Assembly (NCBI GenBank): GCA_043228905.1
Contig: JBHGNT010000001.1
Coordinates: forward strand, 30,566,001 to 30,630,000
Origin: Azolla caroliniana
Taxonomy: Eukaryota > Plantae > Polypodiophyta
Direction of reading: 5' to 3'
DNA: 64,000 nt
Position 1 is the first letter of the stretch; each line of letters opens with the position of its first letter. A model generated the notes under the pieces. The model did not search any database and was not told where the DNA came from. It saw only the letters and a program-made list of their open reading frames with translations. The position numbers and the translations under genes are program-made. Shown here piece after piece: positions 39,801 to 50,981 of the stretch.

Positions 39801-42800
39801 TCATTTCATTAACTATGGAGTAGAGATCATATTTAGCAGGTTCATAGAGGGAAATTTCGAACTTGTAGAAGGAAACAGTATCACGTAATCAAAGAATGTC
39901 ACTCTGGTGAGAAGCAAGGCTTCATGAATACTTATGATCCTAATACCATTCTCACCTTCATCTATATTATCATCAATCTGACATAGCATTATCCAGTAAC
40001 ATAATCTTACAAAGTCGTGCAATCTTTTAACCACTGACTGCAAAGTCTAGTCACCATTATTCGATACTACAGTTATATATGAGAGTTTGATCAAGCTAAT
40101 AAAATGCAAACCTTGAGCAGATTCATTTCTTCTTTAGTTGGACAAAACTTTAGCAGGTTCTCAACTTGATCTATGTCCAGAACCGAGCAATCCAAAGACA
40201 AAATAGCACTCTGAAACACAAAACACATCATGATCGACTACTGAAAGTGTTTGTATCAAAGAACACATAAAGTAGGCATAAAACATTAGCATACAATATA
40301 CTATTAGCAAAGAAACAGTAAAGTCAGTTATAACTTCTATGTGAAGTCATTGCCATGAATGGAAATGAAACTTTTCATCCACATTAGAAATTTCGGATGT
40401 ACAGGCGCAATTTTATTTTCTCAATTGCAATATTGAGAGATAATAGAATACCTACTAAATTACCACAATTCCGCAGCTCATTCATATCACCTTGAAATGC
40501 AATTTCAAAATCATGAAGAAAAAATATTTTATCATTACCAACACATCTGTAAGAGGCATCTTGACCTTTGTAAGCATGATCTCACAGTTATTTGCCCTTC
40601 GTGTATTGATCTTTTCATTCATAAACCAACTTCAGTTCAGTATCATTAAAAGAAAAAATAGAATTTATGTTGAACACATTCCTTAACATCCAAAAAATGC
40701 GATGTACCAATTGCATTTTCTTTGATTTAGTTTGAGTAATATTAATACTGGCAGGCACAGCTGCAGAGAAAAGGGATGCTAGCTCAGATGTGTTGATAGC
40801 AGGACACCTGGTTTTCTCAAAAAGAGAGATCCATGTATTGCTTTCAATTGGACTTCCCGTAGCATAACAATGACATAGAAAGTAATCTCAAACAAAGAAC
40901 TACCCTGGAGTATCCAAAAGTAAGAGACACTTACTGGGAGCTTTCATCCAAAATTTCCACCCTTGCCCATAGACTGCCAGGAGCTGCCTTTGGAACCTTC
41001 ATCCAATGAAAAAGCTTCAAAGGTACCTTCTTCACTGTGAATGCAAACAGACCATTCATGCTAGGATAGAGATCACGAATCATGTAATTAATGAAGAAGG
41101 CTAGAGATACTTTTGCTCCGACCAATAATCCCCTGAGCAAGCCCATCGACTACAGTAGAGGACTAGATACATCACATACTAGTGACGCCTAGCACATCCT
41201 TTGTTTTAGAGATGTGCACAAAGAAGCTTGAGCTTATTGCAACTACAACAATGGAGAAAAATGAGAGAATGAACCAAACAGGCACATAGTCAAGTTGACC
41301 CTTATATATTCATAAACCCTAAGTCTAGTGTCCGAACCATAGTATACTAGGGGCTATGTATACATACAACAATCATGGTTGTTTTGATCTATATACTAGA
41401 CCTAGGCTTTATGGATATGCAAGGTTAGTTAGACCATTTTCACATTCCATTTATAATTCATTCTCTCATTTTCATTCATCCCAAGCTCGAGCTTCTTTGA
41501 GGACATAAGAAGAGTGTCCAGATCATAGTCAAGACAGATTAGACTGCATGGAAAAAACAATCCATGTGCAAATGGGCATCTTCTGGCGTTGTAATGGAAT
41601 TTCGATGATAAGATTATGCATAGCACTTGATATTACCAGATGGTGGAGTTAGTGGTCCCGATAAAGCACCCCTGGGTGGCGGTGGGGCAGGTGGACCTTT
41701 CTTTGCTGAAGGAGGAGGTGGTGGAGGGGGACCTCTCAAGCCTGAGCGAGGGGGGGGCGGTGGGGGTGGGACTGCAGAAGCTTTTGTTCCCAGTAATGAG
41801 GTTGGAATTACAGCTTGTGAAGTTAAAGTGGAAGTTTCACATGAGGATGAAGTTACGCTTGTCTCACCAGGTGGGACAGGTGTTGATGGCATACAAGAAG
41901 CTATGCTTTTACTCTCAGAAAGAGCGGGACTATTAGTATCATCAGTATGAGGAAGCACTGACGACAAAGAGGACAGGCTTTCTAGTTCATAAGTTTGTGA
42001 TGTTGATGAAACTAAATCAACATTCTGTTGAGGTTGTTTCTCTGCAAGTGGGCGCTCTGTCGTTGACTCCAACAAAGATGTATCTTTTGATCCAAGAATT
42101 GGTGTTAGTCTTGAAACTTGATCTAGATTTCCTCCAGATTGTGGCAGGCATTCATGTTTATGCAAGGATACTTCTCCTTGATTAGTATCACTTCCATGAC
42201 TCTCAACACTTGAAACACTAGAATTACTTTGTCCATTGAAAGGGAGACCATTGAGATGAGATATTTGTGTATGCACAGGAAGAGTCGCATCGTCCTTGGC
42301 CTCAATACCATCTGGATTGTTGAATACCTCTTGGCCCTTTGCAAATGCTTCCACTGGCAACCCACATTTTTCTTCTCCTGCTAGCATGTTCACAGGAACT
42401 TTGGCAACACATGCACTATCCATATTGGTGAAGAGTACCTAACATAAAGGAAATATATGCTAAAATTAGAGCAAAGAAATGCAATACCCACATGATTCAG
42501 AAGCTACGCATCCAATTCTTTAGGCAGCTCACTTCTGCCCGGAAGTCCTTCGTGAAACTCTCTTTCGCATCCCAACGCACATCTATATCATCTCTGCTAA
42601 ACACTAAACTATATGATCTCAAAAATGCTGTATTGAACATGGCTCGAAACATAATCTCTTCCCTTTCCATATCGGCATCTATATGTATACATTCCAACAC
42701 GACATCCCCTTGCACAACAGTCTGAATGTCAATCTTTACAACATCACAATCTGCCTGAAAACCAAGAACAAAAGCAAACTGTTAAGAAAGAACACTGGCA

Positions 42801-43705
42801 TTAATCTGTAAGTGCATCATTCTACCTGTATAAAATGCCGCAGCATTTTGCCATTTTTGGCCATACTGAAGAGCATCTGTGTAGCTCTGACACCTTTGTC
42901 TAGTGGATTTAAACCATAAATGCGAATGAGAGGGCGGCAACCCCCCTTGGTATCAAAACTAGGAACTATGCGGAGTATCAAACAGTCAACCATTAAAGCT
43001 CGTTCTAGAGGTGGCCACTCTTGTGAGGTATTTCTTCGTGAAATGTATTGAAGATATCGTACCTGGGAAGGAATTGGATTCAAAGGTGAAAGTAGTGCTA
43101 TTAAGCCTTTTGGAGCCACTCTGTTGATGAAATCCAGAGTTTTCTGCTCACCTGTATGTAGTTTCATGTATATCAGAAGAGCAGCCAGCATGAAAGCAAG
43201 AGTAGGCCACGATTCCCTTTCGCAATGCAGCAAAACAAAATTCTGATGTCTATCCTCTAATGAGATCCATCTATCAGCTGAATGCAGGAAATGACATATT
43301 AGTTCCAATGACAAAATCGGGCATCCCATGCATTCCTTAGGATAATCCATTACAGTAATGTCATATTGTGATAGAATGTCTGTTAACTGGCTTTCTCTAT
43401 CTTCTCCGATATTAAACACTAAAAATGAAGCGTCTGAAAACCTCTCCCGCAAATGCATAGCAATCTGCCTATAGGATTCCCATTTGAGGACATTTGTAGA
43501 GAAGCAACTATCGAATACTGAAAAAACATTGAATAATAAAACGACAAGGTAAGACAGCAGAATGGTAAAGGCACAATGGTAAATTAACAGAGGCATAGCA
43601 TTAAAGATGAGAACAAAATGCATCTTCTTTCTCACCATACACTCTCTCTGCTATCTCCAAAATACCATCTGAAGGTTTCCTATAGAAGAATCTGCGAAAA
43701 AGCAT
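36877..43705 (-). CDS. Class II formin (PTEN-like + C2 + FH1 + FH2), ~17-18 exons
   Basis: N-terminus MLFRRFFYRKPSDGILEIAERVY|VFDSCFST. Degenerate PTEN loop LLHCERESWP. C2 domain QGDVVLECIH...MFRAMFNTAF. Poly-Pro FH1 (41650-41770). FH2 motifs PLKLFHWMKV, RRANNCEIMLTKVK, GNALNEGTPR, GFKLDSLLKL and CPFEQ. The conserved actin-binding Ile and Lys are present. Confidence 0.95.
37355..37546. repeat. 96-bp tandem duplication (2 copies, ~3 mismatches) in the last formin intron
   Basis: aaaacgcataggattggcttgcac...gagcactatat begins at 37355 and at 37451. Confidence 0.95.
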
Positions 43706-43964
43706 GGTACTGGCATGTGCTGAAGGTCCAAACATTGCCAAATCCTCCATTTGCATAAGACTGAACGTATTTTGACACCCCTTGAGAAGGAGCTTTCTTT
43801 GTAATTCCAACTGAACTTTGGGACCAGTTGTTTCTAGATTGCAAGTAGATATGAGAAATCCTGAGAGTGAATGAGGATTCTTCAACAGCCAGATGAAGCA
43901 AGTGCTACCAGGACAGTTATTGACTGAGAAGAAGGTTCAGAAACCTTCCCTAATTCTTCTTGAG

Positions 43965-44290
43965 AAGGATGAATTAATGTAATAGATTAGGTTAAATATG
44001 GATGAATTAATGATAATGTACAAAGGTAAATGAATTAGCAATCATGGATGGAGTAAGATGGATGAATCCATGGTGTCATGTCTGAGGTTGATGAATTATT
44101 TATCATGAATATTTAAGATATGGTAATCAGATAATGGTTATGGACGAGTTGAATGCATTAATGCATGTGAATAAAGTGGATGAATTAATGGTCATATGGG
44201 ATAAGCTCATTGTCATGGCTTTAAGTCATCTAATTGATACAATTAAAGATCATTGGACAAACAATTAGATTACGTGATGAATTGTAAAAT
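43965..44290. repeat. Degenerate ~30-bp tandem array with GATGAATTA core
   Basis: ggatgaattaatg at ~43967, ~44000 and ~44178. Variants at ~44030, ~44060, ~44090 and ~44276. Confidence 0.6.
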
Positions 44291-44754
44291 TGTCATAGCA
44301 CTATTAAATGGTAACTTAAAAGAACAAATTTTTTTAATTCTCCATTTATCATCAGATTGAGCATGTCTTGGTTATTCCCATCGAGAAGAGGTTTCCTTAG
44401 TGGTTCCATCTACACTGATGCTTTGAAGGAAGTCCAGAACCTTGTAAACAATTCTCGTAGTTCCATCAAACTGAATGTAATCCTGATTTCCCTTGAGGAT
44501 TTCCTTTGTTGTTCAAGTCTAACATGTGCTCAGAAGAAAAACTCGAGAACCTCATCAATTGCTGCACTAACCATAAAACTGGATGTTGAGTCCCCTTGAG
44601 ATTTTTCTTTCTTGTACAAGTTTAAACTGGGTGCAGAAGAAAAGCTTGAAACCCTCGTTAAATGCTCCATAAATTATTGAACTGAATCTGCTTTTTTATT
44701 CCTCTTGAGAGAACTGCCCTCTGTCGGTCTTACATACTTCTAAGAAAGGGATGA

Positions 44755-44990
44755 ATTTATCTGAAGAAATCAATCTTATATGAAAGACATGGAAAAAGGA
44801 CCAAACAAAATAGAAATATCGGCAATAAATCAAAGTAACAGGAAGAGAAATAGAGAGAGCTTCAACGAAGGATTTATCTGAAGAAATCAATTTTATACGA
44901 AAGACATGGAAAAAGGACCAAACAAAATAGAAATATCGGCAATAAATCAAAGTAACAGGAAGAGAAATAGAGAGAGCTTCAACGAAGGAT
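44755..44990. repeat. 117-bp tandem duplication (2 copies) in the probable formin 5'-UTR intron
   Basis: atttatctgaagaaatcaat...cttcaacgaagga begins at 44755 and at 44872. Confidence 0.95.
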
Positions 44991-47679
44991 CGGCGGGAAA
45001 AAAATCAGTATGTTACCTGCGAGGATAGAAAGGAAATGTCAGGATTCTAGGGAGAGATCTGCGATGAGGAAGAATATGATGAGAGCAGAAGGGGAGGGCT
45101 TGAAAAGGTCCAGAGCTCCATAACCATAGCTCTGCGTGTGGGGTCGTCTGCAGGAAAACGCACTCCGCGCTTACCATAACCATGTCCGGTCTACCTTTGA
45201 TCTCGTTCTCGCTCTCAAGCAAATGTTTATTGTATACGTGCTTCCGTCTATTCAATATATACATATATTATACATACATATGTATATGACAGAGAGCTTC
45301 TCGTCTGCATGAAAGTATGTAAGTAAGTAATTAGTTATTGTTATTGTTATTATTCATCCATAGCAATAAATACATAATATGTACGTGATCTCTTCTTCTT
45401 CGTCGGTTTTTCGTTCTTCACAACGTCTCGGGTTCAAATCCCAGAAGCATCTTTGTTAAGCTGCGGTGGGTGGTTTCTTGTGTGGATCCTCCCTCCCCCC
45501 CTAACACATCTGATGTGTTGAAGGATTCCGTGATTGGAATCACGACACACCACCTCGACGGATTGAGGTGAGTGCCTTCTCGACGGATAGAGAAGGCCCC
45601 ATGAGTCGTGGGATTTCGAAGTCTTCTCGATGGATGGAGAATACACCCATGACTCACAATGGGGACAATGAATTCAAATGAGCTAATGGGATCTATTAAA
45701 TTGGACAGAGGATGGTTGGGTTGTACATTCAATGGGTCCAAATACTTCACCTAGTCAGCTTCACACAATCGAGTAGCAGTGGCCATGCGGGTTCGATTCC
45801 AATTGGAGATGCACCTTAATCATAAAAAAATTACCCCCCCCCCCCCCCTTCCCCAAAGACAAAAATAGGTACGTACATATGGCGTAGCATTCATTTCCTA
45901 ACTCTATCGTCATTCCAAAAAAGTGGTTTGACTTTGTGGCTACTCCTTGTATATATGTATATGTATATACATGTGTGTGTGGTCTCCACACCTTGGCCTA
46001 AAGTAACCCGTGTGGGTTTTTTGGAAGAAAAAAAAAAAACTTGTGTTTCTAACACTAATGATGCTCTCAAAACAAGCCAAATATATTTATATCCATCAAA
46101 CCTCTTGAGTCTCGCTTATGCCACAAACAAAGAACACGCCAAAAATCACTTGGAAGCACACTTCAATCGTTTTGAGTATGTAAAATGTTGAAACAACATC
46201 TTAGAACCATGAGAGGTTGTACAAAACTTGACATGCTACACTTATGTGATGGCAATGCTTGCCAACCAAGCATGTGCATATATTTGTTTCGGCTCTTATC
46301 ACTACACTAATAAAATTAGTAGAGTATGTGCGTTTTAGACGGAGTATAGACATGCAAAAGGGGCCCCACTAGCTTAATGTATTGTTGAAAACCCTTTACT
46401 ATAATTGATAGCGCTTTTGATAACAAATAGAGAGAACTAAATTGCACCCAATGATATTCCTAAGTCATGTTATTGGTAAGGGACACCACACTATAATAGA
46501 CAATACATTATAAGAAGATAACTCTATTAACCAACACGTGTCATTTACTTCCTAGATCATAGACTCGTCATACAAATGTTCCGCTCTCTATATCCAATGT
46601 GTGGGAAAGTGTAATTTCAAACCACAAACATAAAAACCCTTATTTCTAAAACTAGTGCTCAACATCTCAAAAGCCCTAAATTGATACCGACATCTTCTCA
46701 AGGGGAGGGGAGGTTAGGTGAAACTTCTAGTGAGCAACTTTGTATACTTTCCAAAACATGGAGGAATGTGTACTTCTTCCCATTAGTTTTACAAAACATG
46801 AAGATGTTGTAGCTTTTTGGCAACCAAAACTATTTATCGTATATTGCCTCTCCCCTTTCCCTACACATGGTTATTATCTAATTAGAAACACTCCTTGCAT
46901 CATTCACATTGTTCCATCTATAATTGTTTAGACAAATATAAGACAAGCATGCATGTGAGAAGTAGGCCACACCATGTTTAAGTAGCAATGTCACCCCTTA
47001 TTCACGTGCAAAAAAACACACATTTACAAACTTTTTATTTATCTAGCAAATGATTCGTACCAAAATAATAAGATCTATAGTGTCACTTTAGGTAAAGTTG
47101 GTTTATTCAAGTCTCAATCATTTTGATGGAACAATATAAAATGCATGTAACCTTTCACATTGACTAACGATCGTAAGATCACCCTGTGACAACTTTGACC
47201 ATCGAAAAGTTTAGTGACCTTAATGGTACTCCATTACAAACCTTTATACGTATTAGTGTTGTGTGGAAATGACTTTATACTAGGCCTAGTTTCATTTCCA
47301 TCCAAGTCTCTCGAAAAGAAGCGGAAGGTCAAAGGGTTTCGATGTGGAGGTGGCCCATGGTTCCAATGTAAAAGATATTGCAACCATAGTTGCTAGGCGG
47401 CGTAGCTCACATTCCCTTATCTTCTTACTTGTTTCTACTCCACGTCGAGTTGCTTTGAAGCCCGACATCCGAGGGCGTTTGGTTGTTCTTTGCATTTCTG
47501 CTTCGTCAAGAGAGAGACCGAGTGGTGTAGGTGTGTCCACATTCATCGTCTCCCCTTGTTCCTGAAAAATTATATTAGTTACGTGTTAGTGAATATTAAA
47601 ATGATTATGGTTAACATTTTGTAGTTTTTCCTCCCTATGTTGTTTTAGCTCTGATATATACCTACCTAGACTCTATTTT

Positions 47680-49270
47680 TCTTTTTCTTTTTTTGACAAA
47701 AAAGATACGCCCTGGTATTATAAAATCATAAGAAATACAAAAGTTATGTTGGATATACCAACCGATTCCCTTCTACTCTCATCATGGCCGATTTGATGTG
47801 CATATACAATAACCACACATAGTTTTTTGTACATTGATGTTCAATATTCCTTGCTTTCTCCAAGCCCTGAGCTTGGATTCATGACCCTTGATTTGTGAAC
47901 TCAAGTTCCCCTAGATCTATGCATCATGGGCAGAAATTTCATTGCATGTTCATAGGTTGAAGATTCCAGTTCCCTTATATACAACCACCATCGATATAGA
48001 AATCCATCTTAATCTCATCAGTAAATGTATCCATGACATGCTCATTGATATAGATATTAATGGTATGTTCATGTTTATGAGTTGTTAAAACCCACAAGAT
48101 CTATCAACTCATCCATGATCAATATAGGCATCCATAGTATGCTCATTGACATAAACATCCATGGCATGTTCATATTATTGCTTTCTCCAAGAATCATGAT
48201 CATGTTTTTGATACCTAGTCTCTTTATATCCGGGGTATCTAATAGTTTGGAGAGGGTGGGAGAGAGTCCTAGCATGTCTTGGTATTTTGCCCTTATCTCG
48301 GCATAAGTTGGACACTTGCATGTAAAGTGATACTCATCCTCTATCTCTTACGTGACATAACATAGCCTTTCCTCTTTAAGGACTCCATTAGTATGACCAT
48401 TCTCAATCTCAAGTTGGTGGGATGATATCCTAAGTTGTCTAATGGCCACCCTTAGTGCATTTGTCAAGAATGTATCTAGATATTTTGGTCATGTAATAAA
48501 ACCTAGCTTAGAGAATTGCATGAAGTGTTCCTTATAATATAACATTTTAGATGGGAGTGGCTCTCGTGGGGTGATCCATTTATATTGGGTATAAATTTGC
48601 CATATTTATTGGCGTATTACTTTATTATGGTCCTCGTTAGAGATTAAAATTTGATCAGTCTCATTGTTGTACTTAAGGGGAGGTAGGTTATTAATGTCTA
48701 TACCATTTGCAAGTAACCAACACACTACAATGATATACCAAGAGCTACTATCACTGGACTCATATAGGGATTGGGATGCCTCAAAAGCTCGACGGGATAT
48801 CCTATCTTGTGGTTGACTATGTATCCTATGAATAAAAACTACGAATCGGAAGAGTGCTTCTACTAACATCGGGGGCATATTGAACTTTGCTCTAATAATG
48901 TCACGTGGTACTATCGATTTGCTTTGGAGTTGACGTGATAATATCATCACCAAAGGTCTCTCTAATTGCGTCCACATGAAGGACGATAGACCTGAAACCC
49001 ATACTACTGATGCATACATGAATGAAGGGGTCACTAATGAGTCGAAGAGCCATCCCTTATTCCGTGGCTCTTGAAAGCATGCTTGGTGGCATTGTCTCTG
49101 TAAGAGTGAGAAGATATACATATGATCCAACTACCTCAACTGGTTTATGAGAGAGGAGTAGGTGACACTTACTCCTAACTCGAGACGATGTGTGAAAGAT
49201 AAGGGCTTTAATTTTCATTAGATTCACTACCAATCCTCGTTGTGTGCAAAAGAGATCACACTTTTTCATT
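47680..49270 (-). mobile_element. Decayed 5'-truncated non-LTR retrotransposon (RTE-X/L2/CR1-like ORF2 C-terminus)
   Basis: LFCTQRGLVVNLMKIKALIF, VEVVGSYVYL and LFDSLVTPSFMYASVVW. C-terminal AIRQLRISSHQLEIENG and IEDEYHFTCKCPTYAEIRAKY at ~48285-48450. T-rich tract at ~47676-47696 is the A-tail on the minus strand. Confidence 0.8.
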
Positions 49271-49578
49271 AGAGGGAGGGATATAAGTAACTTTTGCAAA
49301 TGGAGCGATACGAGTGATCGCACTACGTTTGAAGTGAAGTGTGGGACAAGGGGCCACTCATAAACTATGTATAGGCACTCTCTCTGCGCTTGACTTTGGA
49401 TGATACCCACTGATCTGATATGGGAGAGAGGCTGGCCCATTTGTAAACATAGGTATGTAGATGGATGGATGGATAGCTCCTACACTCTGGACGCGGACAT
49501 AGTGTTGGATGGATATATTGATAGCTCCGGAAATTGAATTCACGAAGAAATGAAGGAATGTAGCTTTCTGGAAAATCA

Positions 49579-49579
<1 letters not shown>

Positions 49580-49612
<33 letters not shown>
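49580..49612. repeat. (CA)n microsatellite
   Basis: About 16 AC units. Confidence 0.95.
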
Positions 49613-49613
<1 letters not shown>

Positions 49614-49756
49614 GAAAATGTAGTCGATCGATATTTTTACATGCACAGTGCTGAATCGCTCTGATTTTTGAATGACAGCGTGTTCCAGTATTTTTTTATA
49701 TTGTTTAGCAGATTTTAACACAGAGAGACTGAGACAGCGAGTGAGTTAAGAGTGCG

Positions 49757-49812
49757 ATGGCGGGAAGAGAGCTTCATCTCTAGGGTTTTTGCGAACAGTT
49801 CGTCGCGTAAGT
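49757..49812 (+). promoter_or_regulatory. Probable non-coding first exon of the TMEM209-like gene, with 8-codon uORF, telo-box and GTAAGT donor
   Basis: ATG GCG GGA AGA GAG CTT CAT CTC TAG (49757-49783). TAGGGTTT at 49781-49788. Donor gtaagt at 49807. Confidence 0.55.
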
Positions 49813-49983
49813 CTTATTTTTTTTCCTCTTTTCGTTCCTCCTCTCTTCCTCTTCTGCTGCCTGAACCTTAAATATCATTACAAAGGGGAAAATAGTTTTG
49901 GCGAGCGTACTGATATCGTCTATTTTCATATGCTCCTTCTCTTTCTCCTCATTGAAGCGATGGTGAAATTCAGTTTTTTTCTG

Positions 49984-50323
49984 CTCTCGTAGAGAGAAAC
50001 ATGAATGTAGAACAAAATGACTTCAAAATGTCTCAGATATGGAGATACCCCATGTTTTCCCATCTTTCACTGGTAGTAAAAGTATTGTATTTTTCATATT
50101 TCCTGAAGAAACTATTTATCTGGCAAGTATTCTGCTCACATGGATGTTTAATCCTCTCGTAGAGAGAAACATGAATGTAGAACAAAATGACTTCAAAATG
50201 TCTCAGATATGGAGATACCCCATGTTTTCCCATCTTTCACTGGTAGTAAAAGTATTGTATTTTTCATATTTCCTGAAGAAACTATTTATCTGGCAAGTAT
50301 TCTGCTCACATGGATGTTTAATC
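49984..50323. repeat. Apparently perfect 170-bp tandem duplication within a larger degenerate array
   Basis: ctctcgtagagagaaacatg...ggatgtttaatc begins at 49984 and at 50154. Confidence 0.97.
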
Positions 50324-50981
50324 TATACGTCGACAGTTTCCTTCTCTTCTTCTGAGTGCTGGGATGTCGAAAGTTTGCGTTTTTTCATTTATCAGATAAA
50401 ATCGTGAATATTTCAAGCATAATGCTTCTTAACACTTTTATCATATTTTCGTCTATGCAGAAGCTTCTGCACTCCCTCTCTCAGCGATGAAGTATGTCGT
50501 CTTTTATCAGGAAATAATTGTCGATCTCGAAAGCATGTCACATCCTCAGGCTTCTGTTTCTCAGTGATGACGAAATTATTTATTTAATGAATTCCGAGGA
50601 GAAGCTATAATATCACAGCATTTTGTTTGCTCACATTTCCCTTTATGACGGGGGAAATTCATGTTTTCTCATATTTTCAAGAAAAACATTAATCTGGCAA
50701 GTGTATTGCATACTACATCCTCATCCCCCTTTCATCTAATCAGGTGCCTCTGATTCTCTCTCGGAGATGGTGGAAGTCCATATATTTTAATCTCTCAGAA
50801 AGAAACGTTAATCTGTTCAAATTCTTCTCCATAGAGAAGTTACCGGCGATGAAGAACGTTCATGATTATTAAAAACTCAGGAGGAAGTGTAGTCTTGATG
50901 CATTATGCTTGTAGTCTTCTATCTCTCAGTGACGGTGTAAGTCTGTGATTTTTTATCTCAGATCAGGAAAGAAGTGTTGAT

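Noticed and set aside
43706-43885. In-frame upstream extension of the formin N-terminus (MQMEDLAM...)
   Set aside because: Class II formins begin at M(A)LFRRFFYRKP; the upstream ATGs cannot be supported without transcript or ribosome data.
46280-47570. CACTAC start and an 84-aa minus ORF (47292-47546) as a CACTA element or gene fragment
   Set aside because: No matching GTAGTG end or 3-bp TSD found; the ORF has no recognisable domain.
49984-50323. Direct repeats considered as CRISPR-like or LTRs
   Set aside because: Head-to-tail duplication with no unique spacers, no TG..CA ends, PBS or PPT; eukaryotic intron context.
50460-50960. C-box-like motifs (GTGATGA, GCGATGA) suggesting an intronic C/D snoRNA cluster
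   Set aside because: No consistent D boxes, terminal stems or rRNA-complementary guides were recognised; better explained as part of the degenerate tandem unit. snoscan would settle it.
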